DNA from: Octopus sinensis
Lineage: Eukaryota
NCBI RefSeq assembly: GCF_006345805.1
Contig: NC_043011.1
Span: 66,786,464-66,850,463, forward strand
DNA: 64,000 nt
Reading direction: 5' to 3'
Shown here: positions 13,597 to 26,873 of the stretch, piece after piece
Position numbering within the stretch: position 1 is the stretch's first letter
Layout of the letters: each line of letters begins with the position of its first letter
The notes under the pieces: model-generated
The model's database searches: none
Told to the model about the DNA's origin: nothing
The model's input: the letters and a program-made list of their open reading frames with translations, nothing else
Made by a program: the position numbers and the translations under genes

Positions 13597-14091
13597 GTAG
13601 CCAGCCAGTAGGTGTCGCTTCTGACAATCTCTGTTCGATGGTTTTATTTACCTAGTTTCGGTGGAATACATCCACTTGTTTTCAATAATAGAAATATTAA
13701 AATTACTAAGTCTCTCTAAAAGAGAACAGCGGCAGCGTTCCCGGAAAATAATAGTTATCGCCATACTAATATGGCCGGTCAAGTAGTGTGGAGCGACTGA
13801 CCTCCCTTGTTCGAAGGTTATATGGATACAGTTTGTGTATCAAATAGCTAACTTAAGGCGATGGCCTCATGGAGCTAATAAGCGGACAGCTTTATTCTTA
13901 TTTTTATAAGAATGCCATATTAGTATGGCGATGACTATTATTTTCCGGGACGCTGCCGCTGTTCTCTTTTAGAGAGACTTAGTAATTTTAATATTTCTAT
14001 TATTGAAAACAAGTGGATGTATTCCACCGAAACTAGGTAAATAAAACCATCGAACAGAGATTGTCAGAAGCGACACCTACTGGCTGGCTAC

Positions 14092-14132
14092 GCTGCATTG
14101 AAAAGGGCAATACCCCGAAACGCGTCTGTAGC
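14092..14132 (+). ncRNA. Type I hammerhead motif with U3-A8 core
   Basis: Plus: GCTGCA-TTGAAAA-GGG(CAATA)CCCC-GAAA-CGCG-TC-TGTAGC; predicted cut after C14126. Confidence 0.65.
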
Positions 14133-14306
14133 TGCCGGTCAAGTAGTGTGGAGCGACTGACCTCCCTTGTTCGAAGGTTATATGGATACAGTTTGTGTAT
14201 CAAATAGCTAACTTAAGGCGATGGCCTCATGGAGCTAATAAGCGGACAGCTTTATTCTTATTTTTATAAGAATGCCATATTAGTATGGCGATAACTATTA
14301 TTATAC

Positions 14307-14348
<42 letters not shown>

Positions 14349-15446
14349 ATACGTCTGCATATATATATCGGTTTATATATGTATATATATGGTTACATAT
14401 ATGTGTATATATGTATGTATATATACATATGAAGTATAAAGGCGTGATTTTGCTCCCGTCCGCCGCACTGATCAGCAGCAAGCTTCACAGCTACAAACGA
14501 AATTGACCATCACATATATTCCTGTATATTTGAAACCACGCGATTCCCAACACGTGAGTAGACTTTTCTTTAACTACAAATTATTTTCATAAATTTCAAA
14601 TGACCAAATAAACAAAACCACACACTCCTATGAGAGAGCATTTATTTATATATACACTTCGTCAACACCTTCTGATAACTAAAGGATCACCCACATATTA
14701 AAAATTAGAAAAGAAAGAAAGATAAAATAACTGCAAGTTTATAATTCAAATACAATCACAAACTTCTCAGTATTACAGCAAACATTCTGTAAATCTATTC
14801 TAAATACTTCTCCCTAAAAAAATAATAAATAAAATAATCAACAAAACAAACAAATAAAATAAAATTTAATAAAATATATCCACCAGAGTGGTTAGCCATA
14901 AAAAAAAACTGGTCTGATAATGAAATCGTCGTTCTAATAAACACGTGGCATTGCCTTACCCAAACAGAAAACATAGGTGCTTCCTGTCAGAACGAAATTC
15001 CTAAACAGACAGTTCATATTTTGCTAACTCGATCTGAACAGCAGATACAAAATAAATTAAAGCAAATCGAAGTTGCTTTGAAATTTATCACTAAACACTT
15101 CGATAAACTGAGATGTGTTTTCTCTTCGAACGCATCACCGGTTCAACAACAACAACTTCGTCAGCATCAACAACAACAACAGCATGAACCACTCATTGAT
15201 TCATCTACAATGGCCGATTTGTTTAAACGAAAGGATTGACCCCTCCCCCCAGTCACCAGGGTCTCACAGCAGGAAGCACCACCCCTTCCTCTCACTGCTC
15301 CAGTAGCTCAATCATCATCACTCAACATCATGTCCTCTGCTTACTACTACTAGTACTACACGCACTATCAATCCAAAAACATCTTTGTCTACCGCTATTT
15401 CTTGGTCTCCACCTCCTCAATCATCATCTCTGTCAACATGTCTTCT

Positions 15447-15575
<129 letters not shown>

Positions 15576-16135
15576 AAATGCTACCTCAAGGAATCTACCT
15601 CTTACAGGTCACAACGTCGCCAAACCTCAACAAACTATCATCTACAACCTCTCACAACTCACACACGCACCTTTACACCCACTCGAAACCCCATCATTTG
15701 CCGCTATTCTCTCCGCTATAGATTATGCACTGATAGAAACTGCAATCCACCCATTTACCTGGGACAAAACGCTCTATCCCCACAAACTACAACAGCCACC
15801 ACCATAATACATACTCTATTACAACACCACTACAACCACCAATATCACAAACAAGGAATCCTCAAATCTGCCGTTATTCCCAGCGAGACAGATTGTGTTT
15901 GCACAGGGATTGTCCCTTTACCCATCTCCCGGGGACTCGTCGGACAATTGATAATAAAAATAAAAATAAGAACCTACGACTCATATAAAAATAACCACAA
16001 CCACAGTCACCTACAGTTCCCTAGACAGGAAACCTCTTCTTCCACTTTTTTAGCTATAATGAATCTAGCAAAAGAACTGGAAAAAAACATCCGAGCTATC
16101 ACCCACCACCATCCACCACTATTACCCCACTGCAC

Positions 16136-16897
16136 ATGCCATTAAAAAGCAATCAAATAAACAAAACACCAAAACAATTAAAACCATCCACTCTCGCCTC
16201 AACATTTTTGCTTAATGCCCAACGCATCAGCCCTTCCACCAATACTCAAAAATGGAAGATAAAATTCCTGGAGGACTGGGTCGATGCCCATCCAAACCAC
16301 ATCCCTTTCTTCGTCCTCACTGAAACCCATCTTAGTAACCTCCACTTGGAAGCCGAGGTGAAAGTTAAACATTTCAAAGCCATTCCTGCTGATCGTGCTG
16401 GTAGAAGAAAGGGTGGGACTGCCATTTATGTTCATGATTCATTCTCAACAGAAGCTATGAACATATTTTCTAATGGATACTGTGAAACAGTCGCTGTATT
16501 CAGTCAAACCAACAACTTAACAGTAGTTGGGCTCTACAGACCACCCCAAACGCCCCTACCATGCTTCAAGGAATGCCTCAACAACATAAAGTGTTTCATT
16601 CAGCAGTGTCAACCTCACAACATTTTAATGATGGGAGACTTCAACCTTCCCGGGGTTGGCTGGTCTACAAACAGTCTGCCGCCAGGTTATTCTCTCTCAA
16701 CCCCTGACAGGGAGGCAGTGGAATTGCTTCTTGACTTCATGGATGATTTCTTCCTGTCCCAACTGGTGCTCGAACCAACGAGATGTCACAAAAACGTCCT
16801 AGACTTAATTTTCAGCAATCACACTGATACTATCCACAATATTGCAGTGGAAAAAAAACTCTACTCTCTGATCATGACATGTTTCTCTGTGATATGA
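16136..16897 (+). pseudogene. Apurinic-like endonuclease domain of LINE ORF2 (frameshifted at end)
   Basis: EN motifs ETH, YRPP, GDFN, LDL; the SDHD motif continues in a shifted frame. Confidence 0.9.
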
Positions 16898-17706
16898 GAT
16901 TTCCCCGGCCAAAATGCAAAACAAATGTCATCCCTCCTGTCCATCCATTTGACACTATGGATTTCTACAATGCAAACTGGGAAGCTATCAGTAATGATCT
17001 TGCACAAGTCGATGTGTCCTTCACGCACAGATATACACCCACTAACATCAAAAAAAGTCCCGGAAGTCATTTGTAGACACCATTACAAACATATGTGCAA
17101 AACACACCCCATTAACATCTGCAAGCAAATCTAAGTGCAGAAGCCCTTGATATGGAAATCTCTCATCAGGAAAATCAACACAACAAAAATATCAACCAGC
17201 TGAAATACTACAACAGCAACACACCAACCTAACTGCCATCATGTCACTAGAGATTAAAAAACATAACCTCCAAAACAAGATGATGTCTATCATCAACAGT
17301 CAGAGGAGAGCTGAAGAGGCCTGGGCCAATGAGAAGATCAAACTTAATCCCAACACTGGCCAAACCCTTTCTAAGTTATTATAAGTTATATAAACGTACA
17401 TATATATAAAGAGAGAGAGGGAGAGAGGGAGAGAGAGAGAGTTAATGATCGAAATCACAGTCAACCGCGTCAGATAATTTGTAGCGGAAATATCATTTTC
17501 TTTCGGTGCAAGTTAAAAAACCAAAACATTGTACATGGAGATTTGCTACATTCATCAAAGAACATATTCAGGTTCATTGTCGCGATTCCATATAAATACA
17601 TGTAGCATTTTGGTAATAGTTTTATAAAGGGAAATGTTTGTCAATATGCAATTGTATAAATAATAAGTTAATACTGAAACCAAATGTAGGATCATATATA
17701 TATATT

Positions 17707-17788
<82 letters not shown>

Positions 17789-18639
17789 CATATATACAAT
17801 ATATATATATCTACATATATATATATATACATGTATATATATACACACATATATATATACACACATATATATACATGTTTATATATATATGCAATATATG
17901 TATATACATATATATATAGACATATATATATATATACATATACATATATATACTTATATAGATGACCCTAATATATTTATATATATATGTATGTATGTAT
18001 ATATATATACACTTATAAATATAACAATATTTACCTGCAGAATCCCTGAGTATCTTGGAGAGGATCTACAAAGGTGGAGGGACAGTGTTGTTTTCCAATT
18101 CGATTGCATTCATGTCTATACGACACTGCACCTAAAATATGTGAAGTTTGTTTTGAAAATATTAAACGATTATTCCCAAATAATTTCCTCTTAAATACAA
18201 ATCATTTTAGTTTGTTAGGTATTCGTATGATACAGATTATACATATAGTTGCTTCATATTCTGTTTTGTGTTTTTTGAGGGCGCTGAAGACGTTTCAATA
18301 TAGTTATTGTCTTATGGTTATCAGCTGACATAAATACGCCACTTTACAGGAAACATGCTATATATCGAATGTCCTCGTTCATCACGTTTCTCACTCCGAT
18401 ACATAATGGTGTTTGGAAATGGCCTCCATTTATTTACCGGGTTTATCATCGATAATATTTGGAGCACGTCGTATAAGTTGCGGAGTCCAATGATTTGATT
18501 TCTACAGTTGAAATATTCCATTCAGAGTCTACCAAATCGTGTTGCTCATCTAATGCAGTTGCTCGTGCATCTGCGTGTTCACAGTTGGGACCTAAGCTTC
18601 TATGATATCATCTATTATACTTTAAATAAATCATATTTT

Positions 18640-18945
18640 GGATAAACCCTCAAGGGGTGTATTTTGACACCCTTGAATGAAACATTTCACATAATAATTA
18701 CTCGTCAAAATATATGTTTAGCATAATATTCTTTCTTTTTATTTGTCTAGAAAATGCTGTTTCGTTGGATTTTTCCCTTCGTATACGACAGAATGAGGTC
18801 TCCGTTTTGCCTTTGCAACAATCTTGTTCCGTCATTTCACAGCATCACAAAGACCTCGAAACAACTTCACCACACATTTTTAATGGCCCTGTTCAGATAC
18901 TTATCACAATCTGTTACTTGGACGTGGTAAAGAATTTTATATTAT
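18640..18945 (-). mobile_element. piggyBac-like 3' remnant
   Basis: Terminus AACCCTCAAGGGGTGTATTTTGACACCC and a decayed Cys-rich C-terminal peptide on minus strand (C..MTEQDC.KGKTETSFC). Confidence 0.45.
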
Positions 18946-20253
18946 GAACACAACTCATAAAACCAAAATATTTTGATCACACATATCGAGTTATAAAGAT
19001 ATCATGTAGAATATATACATATATGCAAATAATATGTATGTAACGTATATATTTGGTGGAATTACTAGGTACTACACGTGTTTCGTGGCTGTATTTTAGA
19101 AATGATAATAATAATAAATAGTGAAATCGCTTCAATATAAATATAACCACACTTCAGGTTAAAGATAAAAAACATAAAATAATTAATTAATAATTAATAA
19201 ATATACGTATCTCGTAAAATACGAAATACATTGACAAATATATTCTTGTTTAAATAAAAACATAGAATAAATTAATTAAAATATTTAAAACAAATATATT
19301 ATAATGCAAACTATATATATATATATAAGTGAAAATTAAATACTATGATTTAATCTATATACATTAAATTAAATTATTAATTAATTTATTTATTTAATAA
19401 ACATCTAAATACAATCTTATACTCATTAAGTAATTTATATTAAAATTTAATGTCAAGTAATATACATAATATTAATACAAGCTTTAATATTAGAATTAAA
19501 ATTAGGAAATGGCTCAATATATACACACATATTAGATAAACAACTATATTATTAATATATATGTAGAATCTATAGCAATCACCATGCGCGCGTAAGCGAA
19601 GGCCGATTATTGAAATCCCTCTCCTTAGTTTGTTTGTCTGTGTGCTTTTCCCCTCTAGTGCTTTTTCTTTTTTTTTACATTACAAAATAATTTCCATATG
19701 GATACTTACGGAAATGACTAAGAAAAAAACGACGCAATATTTCATTGTGTAATTTCGTGTCGAACAGCTCCTATTCTGGCGATGTGCTGTGGAAACATGT
19801 ATTGTAATTAAATATGAAGTAACATGTGTTTCAACTAACACAGACAGCATGTAAATTTGATCAATGACATGCAATGTCATAATAAATTTTTATACTTTTA
19901 TTCTTCTACATTCACGAGACCGACAGTGTGTAAAAGATAATTTCACAAAAAATCGTGTACTCCTATTCTGGAGAGCGTATAATGATAATAGTAATAATAA
20001 TAAATATATAAAATAATAATAATCTAGAATGATATAATAAGTAATAATAATAATGATAATAATAATAAAACTAAATACAATTCAAACTTAATAATATTGT
20101 TAAATAAAACGTTACTTTAGCTTGTCGATGAAAATAATATATGTAAATTTGAATGTATATATATATATATATATAGGTGGATGTATATACTGTAATATAT
20201 ATATATGTAATATATATATATAAACCATATATATATATATATATATATATATT

Positions 20254-20424
20254 GTTTATATTTCGGATGGTCATATTGCCAGTTAGCCAAAAAACACACG
20301 CACTATATGTGTTACTATTTTTTACAATATGTAAAAAATAAATACCACTGAAGCAAAATAACCCAAATATTAGTGCGTGTGTTTTTATTGGCTAAACTGG
20401 CACTTGACCATTCCGAAATATAAC
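20254..20424. repeat. Inverted repeat (~52 bp arms, ~65 bp spacer)
   Basis: TTTCGGATGGTCATATTGCCAGTTAGCCAAAAAACACACGCACTA vs TAGTGCGTGTGTTTTTATTGGCTAAACTGGCACTTGACCATTCCGAAA. Confidence 0.85.
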
Positions 20425-20483
20425 CTATCTGTTTAACACCCGACTCACATAAAAATCTTGCACAACAAATATTTAACGATATA

Positions 20484-20517
<34 letters not shown>

Positions 20518-20551
20518 ATGTATTATATATGCATATACATTGAGTGTATGG

Positions 20552-20593
<42 letters not shown>

Positions 20594-20797
20594 CCACCAA
20601 GTAAGTTAGTGTTTGTGGATCCACACACTGGGATTGATACTTACCAATATATGGTTCTTATAATTACTTGTATTTTTATCTTATATGCATTCATTATTAC
20701 TTTTTAATCTTATGTTTTTTGATAAATAGATAAGTCACCATTTTATATCCTAAAGCTGATGAACAAATTAATGTGCTTCCTCATTTGCGTAATTGTA

Positions 20798-20839
<42 letters not shown>

Positions 20840-21224
20840 ATAGATAATATACATATATTATCTATATTTATAGTATGTATCTTCCAATGCATGTATGTTG
20901 TATGTATGTATGCTTTTTTCTTTTTTACCTTACAAAATAATTTCCATACTGGATACTTACGGAAACTAGAAAAACGACGCAATATTTCATTGTGTAATTT
21001 CGTGTCGAACAGCTCCTATTCCTGGCGATGTGCATGTGGAAACTGTATGTAATTAAATATGAAGTAACATGTGTTAACTAACACAGACAGCATGTAAATT
21101 TGATCATGACATGCAATGTCATAATAAATTTTTTATACTTTTATTCTTCTACATTCACGAGACCGACAGTTGTAAAAGAATCCTTCACAAAAAATCGTGT
21201 ACTCGTTACTTAGTGAGGGCAAAA

Positions 21225-21365
21225 TTTGGTAAGGGAGCCTTCGATAGATAGACTCCAGTAACAACTGGTACTTAATTTATCGATCCAAAAAGATGACAAG
21301 ATCGTCGACCTCGGCGGAATTGAACTTGAACGTAACCTTTGTGAATTTTCTGACCATTCAACATC
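21225..21365 (+). mobile_element. SINE fragment (second family)
   Basis: AACTGGTACTTAATTTATCGA..GTCGACCTCGGCGGAATTGAACT; related copy at ~40700-40850. Confidence 0.65.
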
Positions 21366-22290
21366 GCTGGAGAGCGTATATATTCATGTTGTAATTGAGA
21401 AATGTCAGATGACATGGAGGAATGGTAGCCAGTTTCAAATTTGGTGGACAAGTCAAGCTATTTCGATTAGCGTGGAAAAGTCCATCACATTCAACTCGGC
21501 ACTTCATTTCTGCATATTTCATCGATCCTAAAGATAAGGTTCCATCGACATCGACGGTAATGGAACTCACAATTTCCGCTCTCATTTTCGATCTTTTCCT
21601 CCCTCACATTTCTTCTTTCTTTCTTTCTTCTCTAATTGTATTCTCTTTCTACTGCTTTTTATAATCTCCTATTCTCTTGACACTTATTCACATTTTTCTT
21701 GCTCAACTAATTCCCTTCTCATTGCTTCTCCTCAAAATAGTTAATTGCTTTCTAACATTACACTCTAATATATACAAACACGGATGTGTGTCTATATGAA
21801 TTTGTATGAGTGTGTATCGTCAGTATTTCATATTTCCGAAGAAAAGCACGCTCGAATGCATTAAAAAAGTAATCTAATTTTAGGAAGTTAAAACTTACGG
21901 CCTGTCATAGATTGAGCATTGCGCAGATATAAAGGCTTTAAGAGTATAAACGACTCGTCAGATTCTTTAAATTGCGAAACCCATGGTCACTATATGACCC
22001 TTGCTGTTTGTTTTCATTGTTCTGTTTGTGTTACTAATTTTGACCCTCTGCAAAATCCTACCTTACATTTAATTTGCGTTGCGGCTGCAACTGTTTTATC
22101 GAAAGCTATCTTGTTAATTCTAGAAATATGAGAGTCGAAAAAACATCCAACGATTTATGAAGGGTCTTTCTTTGTGTTCTTTTGTTTGTTTTCCATTTGT
22201 GTCTTTCGTTCTTCGAAAAATAGTGTTTATTCCATGTATTTCGTATCTTCTGTTGTACACATTCCGTGACGTCCTATACCCACATATATC

Positions 22291-22323
<33 letters not shown>

Positions 22324-22341
22324 ATATTATATTTATATGTA

Positions 22342-22372
<31 letters not shown>

Positions 22373-22687
22373 ATAAAATTTAGAGAAAACCTCTATTAAA
22401 CAATTCAATAGTGAAAGTCGTTATTCACACCATTAGAAAAGTTAAATATTCTATAGAACATATTCTAAAAATGAATAGAGTACATAAACAATTAATAGTA
22501 AATAGACTACGCGTGTTTTGTTGCTATATTTTCAAATATATAATAATAAAATTAATTTGATTAAAACTAAATCGATCTAAAATTAATTCTATATAAAAAT
22601 ATAGTCACCCATCAGGTCTATTTAGAATTGCTAACTTGAATTTATCCCTGTAAGTGTGGAATCATATTCCCTACTATTATATATATA

Positions 22688-25600
22688 CCAACCTAATTTG
22701 AGGAGCGTAGACTCAACCCACCTGAAGACCGTTGTTCTCCCCAAAAGAAGAAACGTCGTCAAAACTCCAGTGGGGCGGATTTAGCTATGAAACCTGACCA
22801 CGATAAACAGTCTCCTGTTGACGCAGAGTCACCCTTGATTTCTTCCCTGGAGACGTCCAAACCGAAGGGAACAAAATCGAAGCGGCCAAAGAAGGCGAAG
22901 GAACCGGCGGTCGTTTCTGCACATGATCGTTCCTGTGCGGATTCTTCCTCATCTGCCTTTTCGGTCCCGGAGGGTCCCCAACCTAATAATTTGAGGAGCG
23001 TAGACTCAAACCCACCTGAAGACCGTTGTTCTCCCCAAAAGAAGAAACGTAGTCAAAACTCCAGTGGGCAGGTTTAGCTATGAAACCTGATCACGATAAA
23101 ATCTGTTTGGATTCTCCCTCACTTTTCCTTCCCATTAATGCCATTGCTCAACCAATTCTGAACGATCTTGATGTGAGTTCATCTGGGGAGTGGTGCTCCC
23201 CCAAACCGAAGAAGAGGCAGTGCAGTTCCAAACCAGGCGGGAAAATTATGACCACTAAATCCATTCCGATCGACCCCACAGGCCGACATAAGTCCGATGG
23301 CTATGAAACCACCCTTTCGAAATCCTCCAATGAAGAATCGAATACCGCAGCTCATAGTAGAGAACTTTTTGCCCACTCAAGATCAGCAATCATTTATGGT
23401 AAAGCTGAATCCACCTGTGATACAGGCATAAACCGCCTAAAAGATGACATTAATTTTGTTTCCATTTTAGTTGGAGAATTGTTCTCTGTGAACGAAAATG
23501 TCAGTGTCCATAAGGTCGCTCGGCTAGGAAGATTCCAAGCGAACCCAACCTCAGATACTAGACCACGCCCAATAAGAGTAATCTTTTCTTCCGATCAGGA
23601 GCCTTCAGTCTTCTGAACAGAGCTCAGTCGCATGCCTGGAGGACCCCAATATGGGTTTTCGCGAGGAATACTCACTAAGAGAGAGAATTCGTCGGAGAAA
23701 CCTAATATCCGAACTAAAGATGAGGAAACAAATGGGAGAGAAGGGTTTACGAATCCAAGATGGACAGATAATCAAGTCCTACCTCTGGTCCCATGCTGTA
23801 GTGCTGACAGGGAAAGTGATGTGAGGCAAATCGAAGTGAAGTTGATACCCCCGTCAACGATGCTATATCTGATACCCCTTATTCTGCTTGTTCCCCCAAC
23901 TCCCGCCCCTCAGACTTCACAGCTCAGCATCGTCTACACCAACTCGTGCTCCTTATTCCCAAAGTTCAGTGAACTATTTCCACTGGCCTTACGTGACTCC
24001 CCTGATGTGATAGCTATCACCGAGACTTGGCTGACTCCAGCAGTAAAGGACTCAGAATCCACCTGCAGGGCTACATCCTTTTCAGATGTGACAGAGGAAA
24101 AAGGCGAGGTGGAGGTGTTTGCTGTGTATGTTAAGTCTGAGCACAAAACGTCCAGCGGTATTCTACCCACTAATGCTCAACCTATAACAAATTCGATGCC
24201 GTCTATTGCAAGCTGAGCCTATCTGAGTTTTGCCTGCCCGTGTTGGCTGTCTACAGACTGCCTCTTGCCGACCCCCAGGACGATGCTCATTTACTCGAAG
24301 CGATAAGATTCGTTTCAGCTTCGCATGACTGTTTGGTACTAGGAGACTTCAACGCTCCCACGATCGATTGGCCCGCATCAATTTGTACAACATCTTCCCG
24401 GTTCGGCCAGGCCCTTCTTGACGTGGCTGAAGATTATTTTCTATCGCAACATGTTGAATATCCGACAAGGCATCGGTCTGGGCAGCAGCCATCTATGCTG
24501 GATCTGGTATTCTCCCGCTATCCAAGATCAGTGTCAGACGTATCTGTGTGCGCCCCTCTTGCCAAGAGTGATCATGCGGTCCTGAAGTTCGTCATGCACA
24601 CAAATTTTTCTACGCCCACGACTACTTCGCTGCCACGTAGAGTCTTCTCTGCAATTAATCTTGAAATTCTAACCGAGGCTTCCGCGCTTCTGGACTGACT
24701 GGCGATCCCTGATGACGTTGTCCCCAGTTGACGAACTATGGTCATCCCTCAAAGCATATGTAATCTGTTTGACTGACCAGGCAGTTCCCGTTGGGCTTCC
24801 CAAGAGGAAGAAGCACAAGCCCTGGGTGACGAAGAAGGTTAAACGAGAACGTCGACTCAGAGATATTGCATGGGCTGAATTCAAAAATCTGGATTCGACT
24901 GCAGCTTTTGAGGTGTACAAAATCAACGAGATCGATCCGTGAAAATTGAAAAGAAAGAACGCTTCAGTTATGAATACAAAATCGCGGCAAATGCCAGTAG
25001 CAACCCTCTTTGCCCATTTGTCCAGCGCGTAATTCCCGCTTGAACAACCAGATTGCAACGTTGGTAGACTCAACAGGCGTATCGATTGAGGACCCTTAAC
25101 ACAGAGTCACTTATTTGCCGAGGCTTTTTCAACTATTTTCAAACAAGATGATGGTCGTGAATCCCCTCCATTTGATAGATCGGTACCTCCAATGCTTCGC
25201 TTGGTCATCACGCGGGACCAAGTCAAACGTGTTATTCAAGGCTCGATGTCAACAAGGGTCACGGCCCTGACGGCATACACCCCCGGGTTATCAAAGCGTT
25301 GGCTCCGGTCATCTGCGAGCCCTTAACACGACTATTCAATATGTCATTGGCGACGGGTGTTATACCTTCAGACTGGAGAACAGCGATAATCTGCCCAATT
25401 TTCAAGAAAGGGAGCCGCGAAGACACGCTTAACTACCGACCGGTTTCCCTTACATCAATAATCAGCAAGATGTTCGAAACCATCCTTAAGAAAAGTATGA
25501 TGCTCCACCTCCTAAACACAGCCTCTATCTCTGATTCCCAACACGGCTTCGTGCCGAAGAGATCATGCTTGACCATCTTACTGGTAATGGAAGAATTGGT

Positions 25601-26786
25601 GACGCGCATCCTCGATGATAGTGATGCTGTTAACATCGTTTTATTGGACTTTGCCAAAGCTTTTGACTCGGTAAACCACCGCCTATTACTTTTCAAGCTT
25701 CAAGCATATAGTTTCCACCCGGATATTGTACGATGGGTTGGTGCCTTCCTCTCAGATCGCTCCTTCCAAGTCCAAGTTAATGGTTCGCGGTCCGACCTCT
25801 CCAGTGCGAGCAGTGGCGTGCCTCAAGGATCAGTGCTTGGGCCCCTGTTGTTCTTAGTCTTCATAAATGACTTGCCCGACGACCTCACGCAACACACCCT
25901 TCTATTTGCCGACGATATCAAACTGGTCGCTCCTCGCGGTAGTATAGAGGATCTTCGTCGATGCCTCCACCAAATTTGGAAGTGGTCTAACGATTGGGAC
26001 TTGTGTCTGAACGTGTCAAAGTGCTGTCATCTGCCTGTCGGCTCTACTCCTGCAACTCAAATTGATTTCGAGCCGGGTCGTCTGCTGCTGGAGAGGACCG
26101 ATCAGGTAAAGGACCTGGGTATCTTGGTGGATTCCTCGTTTTCTCTCCTTCGGCCCAGTGCGTCCATGCTGCCAACAAAGCACGCGGATTTCTGTTCTTG
26201 ATTCGACGGTCATTCGGAATGCTCACAGCAGCCATATTCCTACCACTCTATGTCACGCTGGTGAGACCCATATTGGAGTATGGGATTCAAGCGCTATTCT
26301 CCTTATTCCTCAAAGACATACAGCATCTCGAAAGAGTCCAGAAGCTGGCTACCCGCATGGTTCATGGGCTCAGAATTTGTCCTACGAAGAAAGGCTGAGG
26401 ACACTCGACCTTTATTGTCTTGAAAAACGCCGCCGCCGTGGTGATCTCATTCTCGCCCACAACATCATAAGCGGAAAGTGTAACCTCTCTAAAGAGCCGT
26501 TTCTTCACTCCTGCTCCAGAGCGTCGGCTGCGGGGTCATTCCGAAAAGCTCTACCTGCGACGATTTCATCTTAATCGAAGGAGAGGAGCTTTCTCTCTTC
26601 CGGTTGCGGATCCGTGGAACAAGCTGCCAGACGAGATGGTGAAGATGCCGACGACCGCTTGTTCAAAGCCTCCCTGGACCTCAAGTAGCCTGAAATCTTT
26701 ACATGAACACCACCCTGTACTTAACTCCATGTCCCCCTACATGGCCTTGCTATTTGCTCTTGAGCCAAATTAACTAACTAACATAT
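22688..26786 (+). mobile_element. CR1-group LINE family 1, near full length, frameshifted
   Basis: ORF1 remnant (SAIIYG..RLG..RPRPIRV), endonuclease (YTNSCSL, IAITETWL, LGDFNAP, SDH), RT, (TAAC)n tail; sits within the (TA)n of a block A paralog. Confidence 0.95.
25299..26201 (+). pseudogene. Reverse transcriptase domain of LINE ORF2
   Basis: 300 aa open with NYRPVSLTS, DFAKAFDSV, GVPQGSVLGPLLF, LFADD. Confidence 0.95.
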
Positions 26787-26834
26787 ATATATGTTAGTTA
26801 TCTATGCGTATATATATATACGCATAGATATAAG

Positions 26835-26873
<39 letters not shown>

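Larger units (their letters stand above)
13327..14303. mobile_element. ~360 bp unit in partial-tandem + inverted arrangement (PLE/retrozyme-like)
   Basis: Left arm 13327-13774 (1.25 units, hammerhead on minus), right arm 13775-14303 (1.45 units, reverse complement; CCGGTCAAGTAG at 13775 and 14135); flanked by (TA)n. Confidence 0.9.
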
